A stretch of DNA of 64,000 bases from Candidatus Woesebacteria bacterium RIFCSPHIGHO2_02_FULL_42_20. Lineage in GTDB: Bacteria > Patescibacteriota > Microgenomatia > UBA8517. The stretch is taken from the NCBI GenBank assembly GCA_001792535.1, contig MGGS01000018.1:3432-67431 (forward strand), in the 5' to 3' direction. The position numbers and the translations under genes are program-made. This document shows, one piece after another, positions 19,697 to 28,844 of this stretch. How positions within the stretch are numbered: position 1 is the first letter of the stretch; each line of letters opens with the position of its first letter. The notes beneath the pieces are model-generated. The model was not told where the DNA came from and ran no database searches. It saw only the letters and a program-made list of their open reading frames with translations.

Positions 19697-21460
19697 ACCT
19701 GACCACTTCCCGCTCGGGCTTGATATTAATGTATCGGCAAACCCCAACTCAAAGCCGGCGTACCAACCATAAAAGTTAAAAGTCCCGATGCTGTCAAAGT
19801 ATGAAGGCGGAGTGATAGACAAATCCTCCATATCGCTTGTTAACTTTGTCACCACCCCAAGCGCTATCGCCAAAGGAAATATATTTTCCAAAAACAAGTG
19901 CTTCTCGTGAATTTCCTGCCGCCATTTCCCAATCTCAATAAAATGTCTAAGCCCGGTTATTTGCCTGTATACGGAATAACCCCACGCGGTCTTGCGGGGC
20001 ATTGCGCGGGCGACGAATAAACCTGCCGGTATAGTCAAAACCAATACTATTACAGGAAAAACATTTCCGCTTACTTCGACAAAAAATGACAAAGTTACAA
20101 ATCCCAAAATGTATAAAACCACAGTGGTTGTGTACCAAAATGCCCGCACTGTTTCAGGGTTTCTGTCAAAAACACCCTGGTTAATCAGGCTCTCGTAAAC
20201 TTTCTTTTTAAAAGGATCGAGAACCACATAGAACTGATTTTTGAGTGCCGACATCAAAACATATTCCTTGTCGATTAAATGTTTTTGAGCCGTCTTTAAT
20301 TTGTCGGGCAGGTTGTTAAATTTCTTCTCGGCAATGGGAATACTTTTAAATATCAAATTGCTCCTGAAAAGTTCATTTAACAAATACTTCTGGTACTCCC
20401 GTAGTTTCGATCTATCCTTATCCAGTTTTATAAACTCAAAATCTGTCTTTTTTCTCAAAAACCTTTTTTCCTCTAAACGAACAATTTTAAGGTATCCGAG
20501 TCGCGCAAGCTCGACTATTTCAGCGACAATGTCGTGTATGTCTATTTTTTCATCGACTATTGTCCCCACTTGGGAAGGTGTAAACCCGTCAATCGGGTGG
20601 TATACAAGAGGAAGATATTCCCTTTTAAAAATTGCCACATCAATCTCTTTTGAGTCTTGCGGCTTGTAATAAATATTTCCTTCGGCGTACTTTCTATCTC
20701 TGCCCTTCTTATACCAAAACAGTCCCAAAGTAATTAAGGGAACCAACGCAACCGGATAACCCCAGTTGTCCAGTAAAACAAAAGCTGTGTTTTTAATTAT
20801 TCCGGGGAATATCAAATCGTTACTCTTATCCAAACCGACAACAACGGTTAGCCCACCCTGGAAATTTAAAGGATTACTCAAACTAAAACTTGCCCTCCGG
20901 TCACTATATGTACTGACACATCCAAAACACTCGATTTGATTAATTGAAGCGTAAGGCGACTCTATAATCGCTGAAGATTTATTTATAATAGTATCCCACT
21001 GGGTTCCCGTTACATTCCAATAAAGCTCTTCGTGGGTATCAAAGCGCTGTAATACTCTGCTCACCTGGTATTTAATTAAATAAACCTGTCTACCGACAAC
21101 AGTTCTGTCGGGATCGCCAATTTTTAACTGAATACTTTGTTTGTAACGACTAGTATCATAGTGAATAGGGGTGCCTTGGTCACTTGTGACAGAAGTTACC
21201 GTTAATTTGGAGTTAATACTCCGGCCGTTTGCCGTATAGTACACGGGAATTATCCTGAATATTCCGTGTTTGGGAACGGTAAAATGTGTTTCGATCCTCT
21301 CGTCAACAGTCAATGTCGTGTCTTTGTTAATTACAACATTGCTTTCGAAATTATTAATAATATACTCGCTATTAGCTGTCCCGAACTCTGCAGAAACATC
21401 TTTCGCGAAAAAGAGAACTAAAAGTGTTAAGATAACATATAGAAAATAAAATTTTCTCAT
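19613..21460 (-). CDS. DUF2207 family membrane protein
   Basis: Signal peptide, HGIFRIIP, ELYWNVTG..W, Gly-rich tail GGGFGGGGGGSW. Confidence 0.9.
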   Translation of the reverse strand: MRKFYFLYVILTLLVLFFAKDVSAEFGTANSEYIINNFESNVVINKDTTLTVDERIETHFTVPKHGIFRIIPVYYTANGRSINSKLTVTSVTSDQGTPIHYDTSRYKQSIQLKIGDPDRTVVGRQVYLIKYQVSRVLQRFDTHEELYWNVTGTQWDTIINKSSAIIESPYASINQIECFGCVSTYSDRRASFSLSNPLNFQGGLTVVVGLDKSNDLIFPGIIKNTAFVLLDNWGYPVALVPLITLGLFWYKKGRDRKYAEGNIYYKPQDSKEIDVAIFKREYLPLVYHPIDGFTPSQVGTIVDEKIDIHDIVAEIVELARLGYLKIVRLEEKRFLRKKTDFEFIKLDKDRSKLREYQKYLLNELFRSNLIFKSIPIAEKKFNNLPDKLKTAQKHLIDKEYVLMSALKNQFYVVLDPFKKKVYESLINQGVFDRNPETVRAFWYTTTVVLYILGFVTLSFFVEVSGNVFPVIVLVLTIPAGLFVARAMPRKTAWGYSVYRQITGLRHFIEIGKWRQEIHEKHLFLENIFPLAIALGVVTKLTSDMEDLSITPPSYFDSIGTFNFYGWYAGFELGFADTLISSPSGKWSGSGSWSGGSGFSGGGGGGGFGGGGGGSW

Positions 21461-21698
21461 GTATATCAATGATATCCTAATAAAGTTAATCCGGAAATAC
21501 CAAATGTCTTTGTCCCCAATTCTCAAAGAAAATGGGTGGAAATGCTTATATAATCCCACATGCTCCGATCATGCAGTTGATTGTCTGAATAAATATAACT
21601 TTTTAAAAGCAGGACCAATTATTTTATTTAGAATACTGCGTTGTAATCCGATTAATGCACGCATCAAAAACCGTAAGGAGGTGACAGACCATCACTAA
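21459..21698 (+). CDS. yidD: Membrane protein insertion efficiency factor-like
   Basis: IRKYQ..LSP, CLYNPTCS, RILRCNP. Confidence 0.85.
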   Translation: MYINDILIKLIRKYQMSLSPILKENGWKCLYNPTCSDHAVDCLNKYNFLKAGPIILFRILRCNPINARIKNRKEVTDHH

Positions 21699-21939
21699 AG
21701 AATATAAAACACTTACTTTTAAAGATGACGAAAAAGGTAGAACCGAAATGGGGCAATGGATGGATGAACTCGCGAACACCGGTTGGGAAGTTAAAAGTAA
21801 AGAAGTCACTCAGCAAGGTTGGGATTTCTACAAGACATGTTGCCTCGGAGCATTATTTCTTCCCCTGGCGCTTTTGGGCAAGAAGGAAAACGTTATACAG
21901 GTAATTATGGAAAGAGAAGTTAAAGAAAAAACAAAATGA
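21691..21939 (+). CDS. Small hypothetical protein (start ATC 21691 or ATG 21748)
   Basis: AAGGAGGTGA 6 nt before an in-frame ATC; GWEV..., CCLGALFLPLALLG. Confidence 0.6.
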   Translation: MTKEYKTLTFKDDEKGRTEMGQWMDELANTGWEVKSKEVTQQGWDFYKTCCLGALFLPLALLGKKENVIQVIMEREVKEKTK

Positions 21940-23621
21940 ATTGGAGATTTTATTGGTCAAACTGGATCTTTGGGGGACTATTTGGGATTATATTGGGTGC
22001 GTTTCTCCCATGGTTCACAATAGGAATACCGTTTATCCTCTCGGAAAATGTTTACGGCCTCCAAGCCGGCGGTCAGTATACACTAGTTTTGGGCTGGATA
22101 GGCATAAGTGCGCTAAGCTTAGTTTTATCACAAAAACTCTCTTTTAAACTTTTTTTCTTTATAGAGTTATTGATAGCCTCCGCAAGTTTACTTTTCTGTC
22201 TTTATATCGCCGGAGTTTTTAACCGTATAGTAGGCTTTGCAAGTATCCTAAGCACACTTCTTGCAGGTTTTGGCGTATCGAGCTTAGCCGGCACAGGTAT
22301 TGGCTTATATATCACAATCTTGGGATCAACCTTTGTGATAATCGGCCTCATCAAGTTCCAGAAAGGCGGAAAAGATAACGAGGAAGAATACGAAATCCGT
22401 CCAGCATTCATAGGATATTTATTAAGATCCTATTCGAGATTGATTTCTATAATACCTCTAAAAATCTACGGATTGGTCTTCCTTCTCATTGTGACATTTG
22501 CTACAGGATCGCTCGTTGTCGATAAACTTGGCATTACTGCCCGAAAAGAAAATAGGGAAGTTAATGAAACAATAAATTTTTCAACTATTAAAGAGAGTTC
22601 TGATTCACTTCCCGCAACTGTTAGTTATATTAAACAAAAAGGTGTACCTGGCACGCGCAAAGTAACTCTCCAAAATATATATGACAAAGAAGGTAATATT
22701 AAAGAGACGCGAACAATTTCTTCCGTAATTACCCAGAACCCAATTGACCAAATCATAGTTGAAGGGACAGTCTCCTCCTATTCCTCGGCGCAGGACCTGA
22801 GGCAAAAGGCACAACAGTTTTACGAAAACTACAAAAACAAAAATTATTCAAAAGTTAGCAACTGGTTTAAGCGGGCAACGGCCGGGAGAGAGTTAGTATA
22901 CAGCGAGGAAAAAATTGAAAAAGCCGTATCCGAATCTAAATTTGAAATAAAAGAGGTTACAGTCGGTATGCCCGAAATAACTTTCCCTTACGCAAAAACA
23001 TATGAAAGTAAGGACGAAATCGTAATTTTAGCCTCTATACCAATCGAACTTAAAAGTGAGAGTGTCTTTTACAAAGAAAAAGTAACCAATTTTAAAGCGA
23101 TCTCCTATTTTGACTTTGAAAACAAAGACTGGTTATTCTCGCCCATCGGACCTGTTTCTGTCACAGACGGCACGGGGGTTAACAAATTCACTGCCACCAT
23201 AGGAGCTGATAAACAGGAAATAGAGGGGGAAATTGGCATCCCAAAAGTTTTTCAATGGATTCCAATCGAAGAAGACTCTTATGAAAAATTCAGGCTGCAT
23301 ATTTATCTTGTCATTAACGGCGGGTTTATGGACGGTAAAAAAATAAGCAGAATAGAATTTCAGGATGTTCGTGATGACTTGGGTTACAGTCACGGTGGTT
23401 ACTACAAAGCAGATCCTTTTTATAAAAGAGGCGACAAGGACTCGGGAATCGGTCCGAATGTATGGGTTTATATAGAAACAACTATCGGAAAAGTCATTGA
23501 AGCCAAAACAATATCAATTAAAGTAACTAGGGTTTTTGAAAAACCGGTTTATTCGTATGAAGATCCAGGAATTGAAGCGTCGCCCAAAGAGTTCACCATT
23601 ACCGGGATTAAGATTAATTAA
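21936..23621 (+). CDS. Multi-TM protein with extracellular G5 domain
   Basis: N-terminal TMs; ETINF...QKGVPG.RKVT...PIDQIIVEGT. Confidence 0.75.
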   Translation: MNWRFYWSNWIFGGLFGIILGAFLPWFTIGIPFILSENVYGLQAGGQYTLVLGWIGISALSLVLSQKLSFKLFFFIELLIASASLLFCLYIAGVFNRIVGFASILSTLLAGFGVSSLAGTGIGLYITILGSTFVIIGLIKFQKGGKDNEEEYEIRPAFIGYLLRSYSRLISIIPLKIYGLVFLLIVTFATGSLVVDKLGITARKENREVNETINFSTIKESSDSLPATVSYIKQKGVPGTRKVTLQNIYDKEGNIKETRTISSVITQNPIDQIIVEGTVSSYSSAQDLRQKAQQFYENYKNKNYSKVSNWFKRATAGRELVYSEEKIEKAVSESKFEIKEVTVGMPEITFPYAKTYESKDEIVILASIPIELKSESVFYKEKVTNFKAISYFDFENKDWLFSPIGPVSVTDGTGVNKFTATIGADKQEIEGEIGIPKVFQWIPIEEDSYEKFRLHIYLVINGGFMDGKKISRIEFQDVRDDLGYSHGGYYKADPFYKRGDKDSGIGPNVWVYIETTIGKVIEAKTISIKVTRVFEKPVYSYEDPGIEASPKEFTITGIKIN

Positions 23622-23846
23622 ATTGTTCCTACGGACCAAGCAAAGAGTCATACCCCATTTATCAAAATCCACGGAATATTCGTTGCATTTAAATTCTTTT
23701 ATTAGCTAGCCAATAGCCAATGTCTTCTTCCGCAAAAAAACTAAGACAAATCCTTCGACCCGCTTTCCCCAACAAGTTCCGGTCATCGCCGCAACTCGCT
23801 TACCAAAGTCGTCTCTTTCCATTATTAAATATTGTATACTACCTCG

Positions 23847-24179
23847 ATGAGTCGCGAAACTCCCTCCGGGGTTCAAAGACCGGTTTTGGGAAAGAAGTAC
23901 TTTAGCTACCATTTTATCCAGTGGAAAATTTCACAAGTGCCAACAAATAATCCCTTTTTGACAGACAGTCTTCGCGAGCCCAGCGTCGGCATACCATGCA
24001 ATGCCACCCGAATACTCGACGACATGCAGTGCGTCAAAAGGCAAGGAACGGCTACGCCTACGAACAATACGATTATTTGGAAAAGAGCTTTTAACCCGCA
24101 AACTGACGGAACAGGAAACTGCGACGGTTGCCCAATGTTAGGAAAGAAGTCCGGCTGTATTATTTACGACGCCTCGTAA
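23847..24179 (+). CDS. Hypothetical Cys-containing protein
   Basis: ORF only; CDGCP..GC; start uncertain. Confidence 0.4.
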   Translation: MSRETPSGVQRPVLGKKYFSYHFIQWKISQVPTNNPFLTDSLREPSVGIPCNATRILDDMQCVKRQGTATPTNNTIIWKRAFNPQTDGTGNCDGCPMLGKKSGCIIYDAS

Positions 24180-24206
24180 AGTTCTTAACTACCAAACGCT
24201 TGCAAA

Positions 24207-24464
24207 CTACGCCTGAAGTTTCTCAGTAGGACCCAGCAAACTGTCGCAGTGAGCAAGTTTTTCCCTCATAACAAATAAATCCTTTCCTTCTTCGCTTAGT
24301 GCCCACTCAGCCTCAGCCACACACTCGGATCCTATATATGCCTCTACCCGGTCTCCCGCTTGCTCAATCGTTCTCATGTTCCTGTCTCTGGCCACTAATG
24401 CAGCACCATAAGCCATCGCATACATACTTCGCATCCTCGCACTGTCAAAATACCTCTCACTCAT
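24207..24464 (-). CDS. Hypothetical protein
   Basis: 85-aa ORF with TAGAAT just upstream. Confidence 0.5.
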   Translation of the reverse strand: MSERYFDSARMRSMYAMAYGAALVARDRNMRTIEQAGDRVEAYIGSECVAEAEWALSEEGKDLFVMREKLAHCDSLLGPTEKLQA

Positions 24465-24555
24465 AGCCCTATTCTACACCTAATTACAAAAATCCTATAG
24501 TATCAATGGGGTTGCAAAGAGCTTTAATTTTTCATATAATTCATCTCATTAAGTT

Positions 24556-24765
24556 ATGAGGTGGCAACCACAACTCAATCAATGTTATTACGACCTTCAA
24601 GAGTTATTGGACAGCTTGTGTGAGGAATCAAGAGAGGCAAGTTTGGAAAACTTTCGAGCCCTAGCTCAAAGGAGGGTGTCAGAGCTATTTCCGCCATTGC
24701 GAACCACTACCAAGACAGAAGTTATTACTGTTCACAAACAAGGCCCAGAAGGTGAGCCAGAATAA
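24556..24765 (+). CDS. Hypothetical protein
   Basis: TTGCAA..TATAAT promoter-like sequence upstream; abuts the S8 gene. Confidence 0.45.
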   Translation: MRWQPQLNQCYYDLQELLDSLCEESREASLENFRALAQRRVSELFPPLRTTTKTEVITVHKQGPEGEPE

Positions 24766-26001
24766 ATGAGAAAAATATTAATTTCGGCATCTGCTTTTTT
24801 TCTGATTCTGTTTCTGGCCTCTTTTGATCTTTTCTCCCCGCGCGCGCAGGCCCAAGACGAAAACGGCCACATTCCGGGCCAAGTCCTTGTAAAATTTAAA
24901 GACGGAACCACGAAAGCCAAGAAGGAGAATTTATTAAGAAGTAACCGAGCCCAGGTGGTTGGTAACCTTGAAGCTCTCGGGGTGTCGGTACTGCAAGTCC
25001 CTGGTGTTGCAGAAGAGAGGATAGTTACAGCGCTTTCCAAAAACCCCAACGTCGAATATGCCGAATTAGACTATATCGCCGAGGCTTTCCTTATCCCAAA
25101 CGATACATACTTTAGCCTAAATCAATGGGGTCTTGAAAACACAGGTCAAACTATTAAAGGTGTTGCGGGAAAAATTGACGCCGACGTCAACGGCCCGACT
25201 GCTTGGGAGGTAACCCTTGGAGGAGTGAAAGTTGCAATCCTTGATACCGGCATTGACCAGGACCATGTAGATTTGTCGGCAAAAATTGTTCTGCAGCAAA
25301 ACTTCACAGACTCACCAACAATTAACGACCTTTACGGGCACGGCACCCACGTCGGAGGAATTGTGGCTGCGGTTACCAACAACAACACGGGCGTTGCCGG
25401 AGGTTGCCCTGCTTGCGAACTTATGAACGGAAAAGTCTTAAATGACAAAGGGTCAGGCGCTTACTCATGGATCGCAAACGGCATTACCTGGGCCACAGAC
25501 AACGGAGCCAAGGTAGTCAACATGAGCCTTGGCGGGTCCGCCAGATCCGCTACTTTGGAAAACGCGGTAAATTATGCCTGGAATCGCGGAGTCGTGGTTA
25601 TTGCGGCAGCAGGAAACTCGGCCAATCCATCCAAAACGTATCCTGCAGCCTATACCAATGCAATTGCCGTGGCCGCAACCAACAACAAAGACCAGAAAGC
25701 ATCATTTTCAAGTTACGGAGCAAAGTGGGTCGATGTAGCAGCCCCGGGAGAAAACATCTTTTCTACTTTTCCCAACCACCCTTATAAAATAAATAAATCC
25801 CTGAGTTACGATTTTGGCTCAGGTACATCTATGGCCACGCCGATGACCTCAGCTGTGGCTGCACTCATCTGGTCAACGCCTTACGGAACCTCTGCTTCCA
25901 TGGTCAGAAACAGACTCCAGGCAACCGCTGATAAAATTCCCGGTACCGGGACTTACTGGTCCGCCGGCCGCGTCAATGCCGCCAACGCCATTTCCCCATG
26001 A
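24766..26001 (+). CDS. Secreted S8 subtilisin/thermitase-like serine protease
   Basis: Signal peptide and propeptide; ILDTG, HGTHV, GTSMATP triad. Confidence 0.95.
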   Translation: MRKILISASAFFLILFLASFDLFSPRAQAQDENGHIPGQVLVKFKDGTTKAKKENLLRSNRAQVVGNLEALGVSVLQVPGVAEERIVTALSKNPNVEYAELDYIAEAFLIPNDTYFSLNQWGLENTGQTIKGVAGKIDADVNGPTAWEVTLGGVKVAILDTGIDQDHVDLSAKIVLQQNFTDSPTINDLYGHGTHVGGIVAAVTNNNTGVAGGCPACELMNGKVLNDKGSGAYSWIANGITWATDNGAKVVNMSLGGSARSATLENAVNYAWNRGVVVIAAAGNSANPSKTYPAAYTNAIAVAATNNKDQKASFSSYGAKWVDVAAPGENIFSTFPNHPYKINKSLSYDFGSGTSMATPMTSAVAALIWSTPYGTSASMVRNRLQATADKIPGTGTYWSAGRVNAANAISP

Positions 26002-26076
26002 AACTAGACTTCCTCTTTTTACCATTTTGTATTACAATCTTTCAAAGATGGGGGGTGAGACAAAAAGTTAGATAAC

Positions 26077-26283
26077 ATGTTAAATACCATACAAACAAAC
26101 GGCGCTAACGGCTATATTGAAAAGTTAATTTTGCAGGAAGGTGAAGACCCAGACACTTCAGTAAGCGACACAGGCGATGCCGGGCAAACACAAGAAGGTG
26201 AAGCAGAGGTGAATGAGACGTTGGGAGGCAATATTATTACTGGGGATGGAGGCGATAGCGGCGATCCTATAAATGCAAAATAA
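26077..26283 (+). CDS. Small acidic low-complexity protein
   Basis: 68-aa ORF; GGGGGTGA upstream. Confidence 0.35.
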   Translation: MLNTIQTNGANGYIEKLILQEGEDPDTSVSDTGDAGQTQEGEAEVNETLGGNIITGDGGDSGDPINAK

Positions 26284-26427
26284 CAGTAAGAAAATATAGT
26301 CCAAAAAGACATACTTGACAGATGTCTTCCTAAAGCTTATTTTGTTAATTAGAAACTTTACTTCTTAAAGTCCTACCGCAAACGGAAGACTAGGAAGAAA
26401 ACAATCTGCCCCTAAGTATTTTGTGTC

Positions 26428-27768
26428 ATGAAAAGAAGCTTATTAAGTCTTCTGGTAATCGGAGTAGTGGCTGCTGCCGCATTGGGCTTGTCCCGGTCTT
26501 TTTTCTCTGACACCGAAACCTCCTCAGGGAATACTTTCGAAGCCGGCGCTATTGATCTTCTCATTGACAACGTAAGTTATCTAAACGGCAGTTTGAATGA
26601 TGGTACAACCTGGACGCTTGACAACCTCCCCGGTCACTTGTTTTTTAACTTTTTAGACCTTAAACCCGATGACGAAGGAGAGGATACTATTAGTATTCAT
26701 GTCAACAACAACGACGCCTGGGCTTGCATGGAAATGAAGCTCACCGCTAACATCGACAACGGCTGTACGGAGCCGGAAACAGTTGACGGCGATGCCCAAT
26801 GTCCGACTCCCTTTCCATCGCCAACCGCACCGGGAGGAATCGGGGAACTTGGCGACGAAGTCAATTTTGTCTTTTGGGCCGATGACGGGGATAATGTCTT
26901 GGAGGATGATGAATTACCTGTCCTTGCACAAGGCAAGGCAAAAGACGTTCTTAATTCCAAATTTACGCTTGCCGATTCGGCTTCGAGTATTTTTCCTGAA
27001 ATCGTTGACGGGCAACCGCTCGAAGGACTGACTAACTATTACATCGCAAAAGCCTGGTGTTTCGGGACACTCGGGCTTGTCCCCGTTGCCGCAGGCAGTG
27101 GGGTAAATCCGACAGTCGCTTCAGGAATTACCTGCGACGGAACGGCTCTAAACAACATAACCCAAACCGACAAACTGACTGCAGATATCAGTTTTTCGGC
27201 TGTCCAGGCCCGCCACAATCCCGACTTTTTATGCGAACCACAGCCATCTCCCACACCAATCGCCTGTATCGAAACCTATGCGGCAACAGCGCACGAAGTT
27301 AATCAGGGTACTCGCAAAAACGGCACGGCGGTACTAGCCAATCGAAGCGTAGCATCGGCAATGTTCGGCATTCCCCAGACGACTGGAACACCATCGGATG
27401 CCGGTTTCCCAGCCGGGTCATTCTATAGCCTCGGGTTTAATATTGGCAGCTTGGAGGGCGGAAGCGTAGTCCTTGGATTTACCAACCCATTCTACCCAAA
27501 TCCGGCGGGGGCAGACCTGCAAGTTTTTGAAGTCACGGGCGGGACTTACCCCGATGAAAAAGTCAAAGTTGAAGTCGGCACAACTTCAGCCGGTCCCTGG
27601 ACAGTAGTTTCGGCCGCAGCCATCCGCGACGAAGACATTGAAATTCCAGCCGGGTCTTGGCAATTTGTAAGACTGACCGATGTCAGCAATATTGCCCTTT
27701 TTGAATCAACTGCAGATGCTTATGACGTGGATGCCGTCAGGGCTTTGTGCGGAACACCAGGGGATTAA
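26428..27768 (+). CDS. TasA-like protein with SipW-class signal peptide
   Basis: SRSFFSDTETSSGNTFEAGAIDL; DLKPDD; C-terminal extra domain. Confidence 0.85.
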   Translation: MKRSLLSLLVIGVVAAAALGLSRSFFSDTETSSGNTFEAGAIDLLIDNVSYLNGSLNDGTTWTLDNLPGHLFFNFLDLKPDDEGEDTISIHVNNNDAWACMEMKLTANIDNGCTEPETVDGDAQCPTPFPSPTAPGGIGELGDEVNFVFWADDGDNVLEDDELPVLAQGKAKDVLNSKFTLADSASSIFPEIVDGQPLEGLTNYYIAKAWCFGTLGLVPVAAGSGVNPTVASGITCDGTALNNITQTDKLTADISFSAVQARHNPDFLCEPQPSPTPIACIETYAATAHEVNQGTRKNGTAVLANRSVASAMFGIPQTTGTPSDAGFPAGSFYSLGFNIGSLEGGSVVLGFTNPFYPNPAGADLQVFEVTGGTYPDEKVKVEVGTTSAGPWTVVSAAAIRDEDIEIPAGSWQFVRLTDVSNIALFESTADAYDVDAVRALCGTPGD

Positions 27769-27893
27769 AAAATGCTAAAAACAAAACAGATAGTTAATAT
27801 TACGATCACGTTATTAAATGCTGCCCTTATTTTCGTAATGGTTAATTTTATAACCACGAAATAAGATAGTTGGGTTTTTACCCTAGATTGGTG

Positions 27894-28754
27894 GTGAGTA
27901 ATATAAGAAAAATTTTACTTAGTTTGCTTTCTATTTCAGCAGTCGCGCTTTTGGCATTCGGCGCCTCGCGAGCTTTCTTTAGCGATGAGGAAACATCAAC
28001 AGGTAATACTTTCGTCGCAGGTGCTATTGATTTACAAATTGATAGCCAATGTCATTATTTCACTGATGAGGATGCTGACGGACAATACCTTGATGTTGGT
28101 TGTTTTACGCCAGCAAGTCCAGAACCAATACCATTCGGTAATTGGCAACTTGGTAATTTGACAACTGAAAAGTTCTTCAATTTTGCTGATGTCAAACCTG
28201 GCGACTGGGGCGAAAATACTATCAGCTTACACGTCTACAACAACGACGCGTGGGCATGTTTAGATATTAGCCCTCTAGCAGATCTGGACAATAGTATCAC
28301 CGAACCTGAGGATGAAGTCGACCTAGCTTTGCCAAGTAACGACGGGACTCCTGATGGAGACTTGGCAGAAAACCTTGAGTTTTTTGCTTGGAGGGACGAT
28401 GGAGACAATGTATTTGAACCACAAGGAAATCCATTGGAAATTCCACTCTTTTCAAACATCAGTGGCCCCGCAAGCGACGTCCTTAGTGGTAGAACTTACA
28501 CCCTCGCGGCACCGGGATCGCCAAATGTTTTTACGGGGGTTGTTGGAGACCCATTAGTTGGTAGTAACAACTACTACATTGGATTAGCATGGTGTGCAGG
28601 TGACTTAAGCGTCGATTTGGGTACTGGAGTAATTACCTGTAATGGATTGACAATGGGTAATATTGCTCAGACAGACTCCGTTTCTGCAGACTTAACATTT
28701 AGGACTGAACAGTCGAGAAACAATCCAGACTTTGACTGTGAAACAGAACTGTAA
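27894..28754 (+). CDS. TasA-like paralog with SipW-class signal peptide (start uncertain)
   Basis: SRAFFSDEETSTGNTFVAGAIDL; DVKPGDWGENTISLHV; clearly homologous to the preceding gene. Confidence 0.85.
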   Translation: MSNIRKILLSLLSISAVALLAFGASRAFFSDEETSTGNTFVAGAIDLQIDSQCHYFTDEDADGQYLDVGCFTPASPEPIPFGNWQLGNLTTEKFFNFADVKPGDWGENTISLHVYNNDAWACLDISPLADLDNSITEPEDEVDLALPSNDGTPDGDLAENLEFFAWRDDGDNVFEPQGNPLEIPLFSNISGPASDVLSGRTYTLAAPGSPNVFTGVVGDPLVGSNNYYIGLAWCAGDLSVDLGTGVITCNGLTMGNIAQTDSVSADLTFRTEQSRNNPDFDCETEL

Positions 28755-28794
28755 GTTTGGAAACTTAGCTCTTGTCCTGCAACCGCGGGACGAG

Positions 28795-28844
28795 GGCAAG
28801 CCGGAGGATCGATGTCAAATAAGATATCGGGATTCCGGCTTGCC
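28795..28844 (+). promoter_or_regulatory. Strong hairpin abutting the sipW-like start codon
   Basis: GGCAAGCCGGA / TCCGGCTTGCC perfect 11-bp arms plus inner stem; ATG at 28845. Confidence 0.6.

Noticed and set aside
26330-26427. c-di-GMP or other known riboswitch upstream of the TasA-like genes
   Set aside because: Consensus elements of riboswitch classes I know are not present; only a simple stem-loop.
27772-27864. 30-codon hydrophobic ORF between the TasA-like genes
   Set aside because: Plausible small membrane peptide, but too short and AT-rich to support without conservation data.
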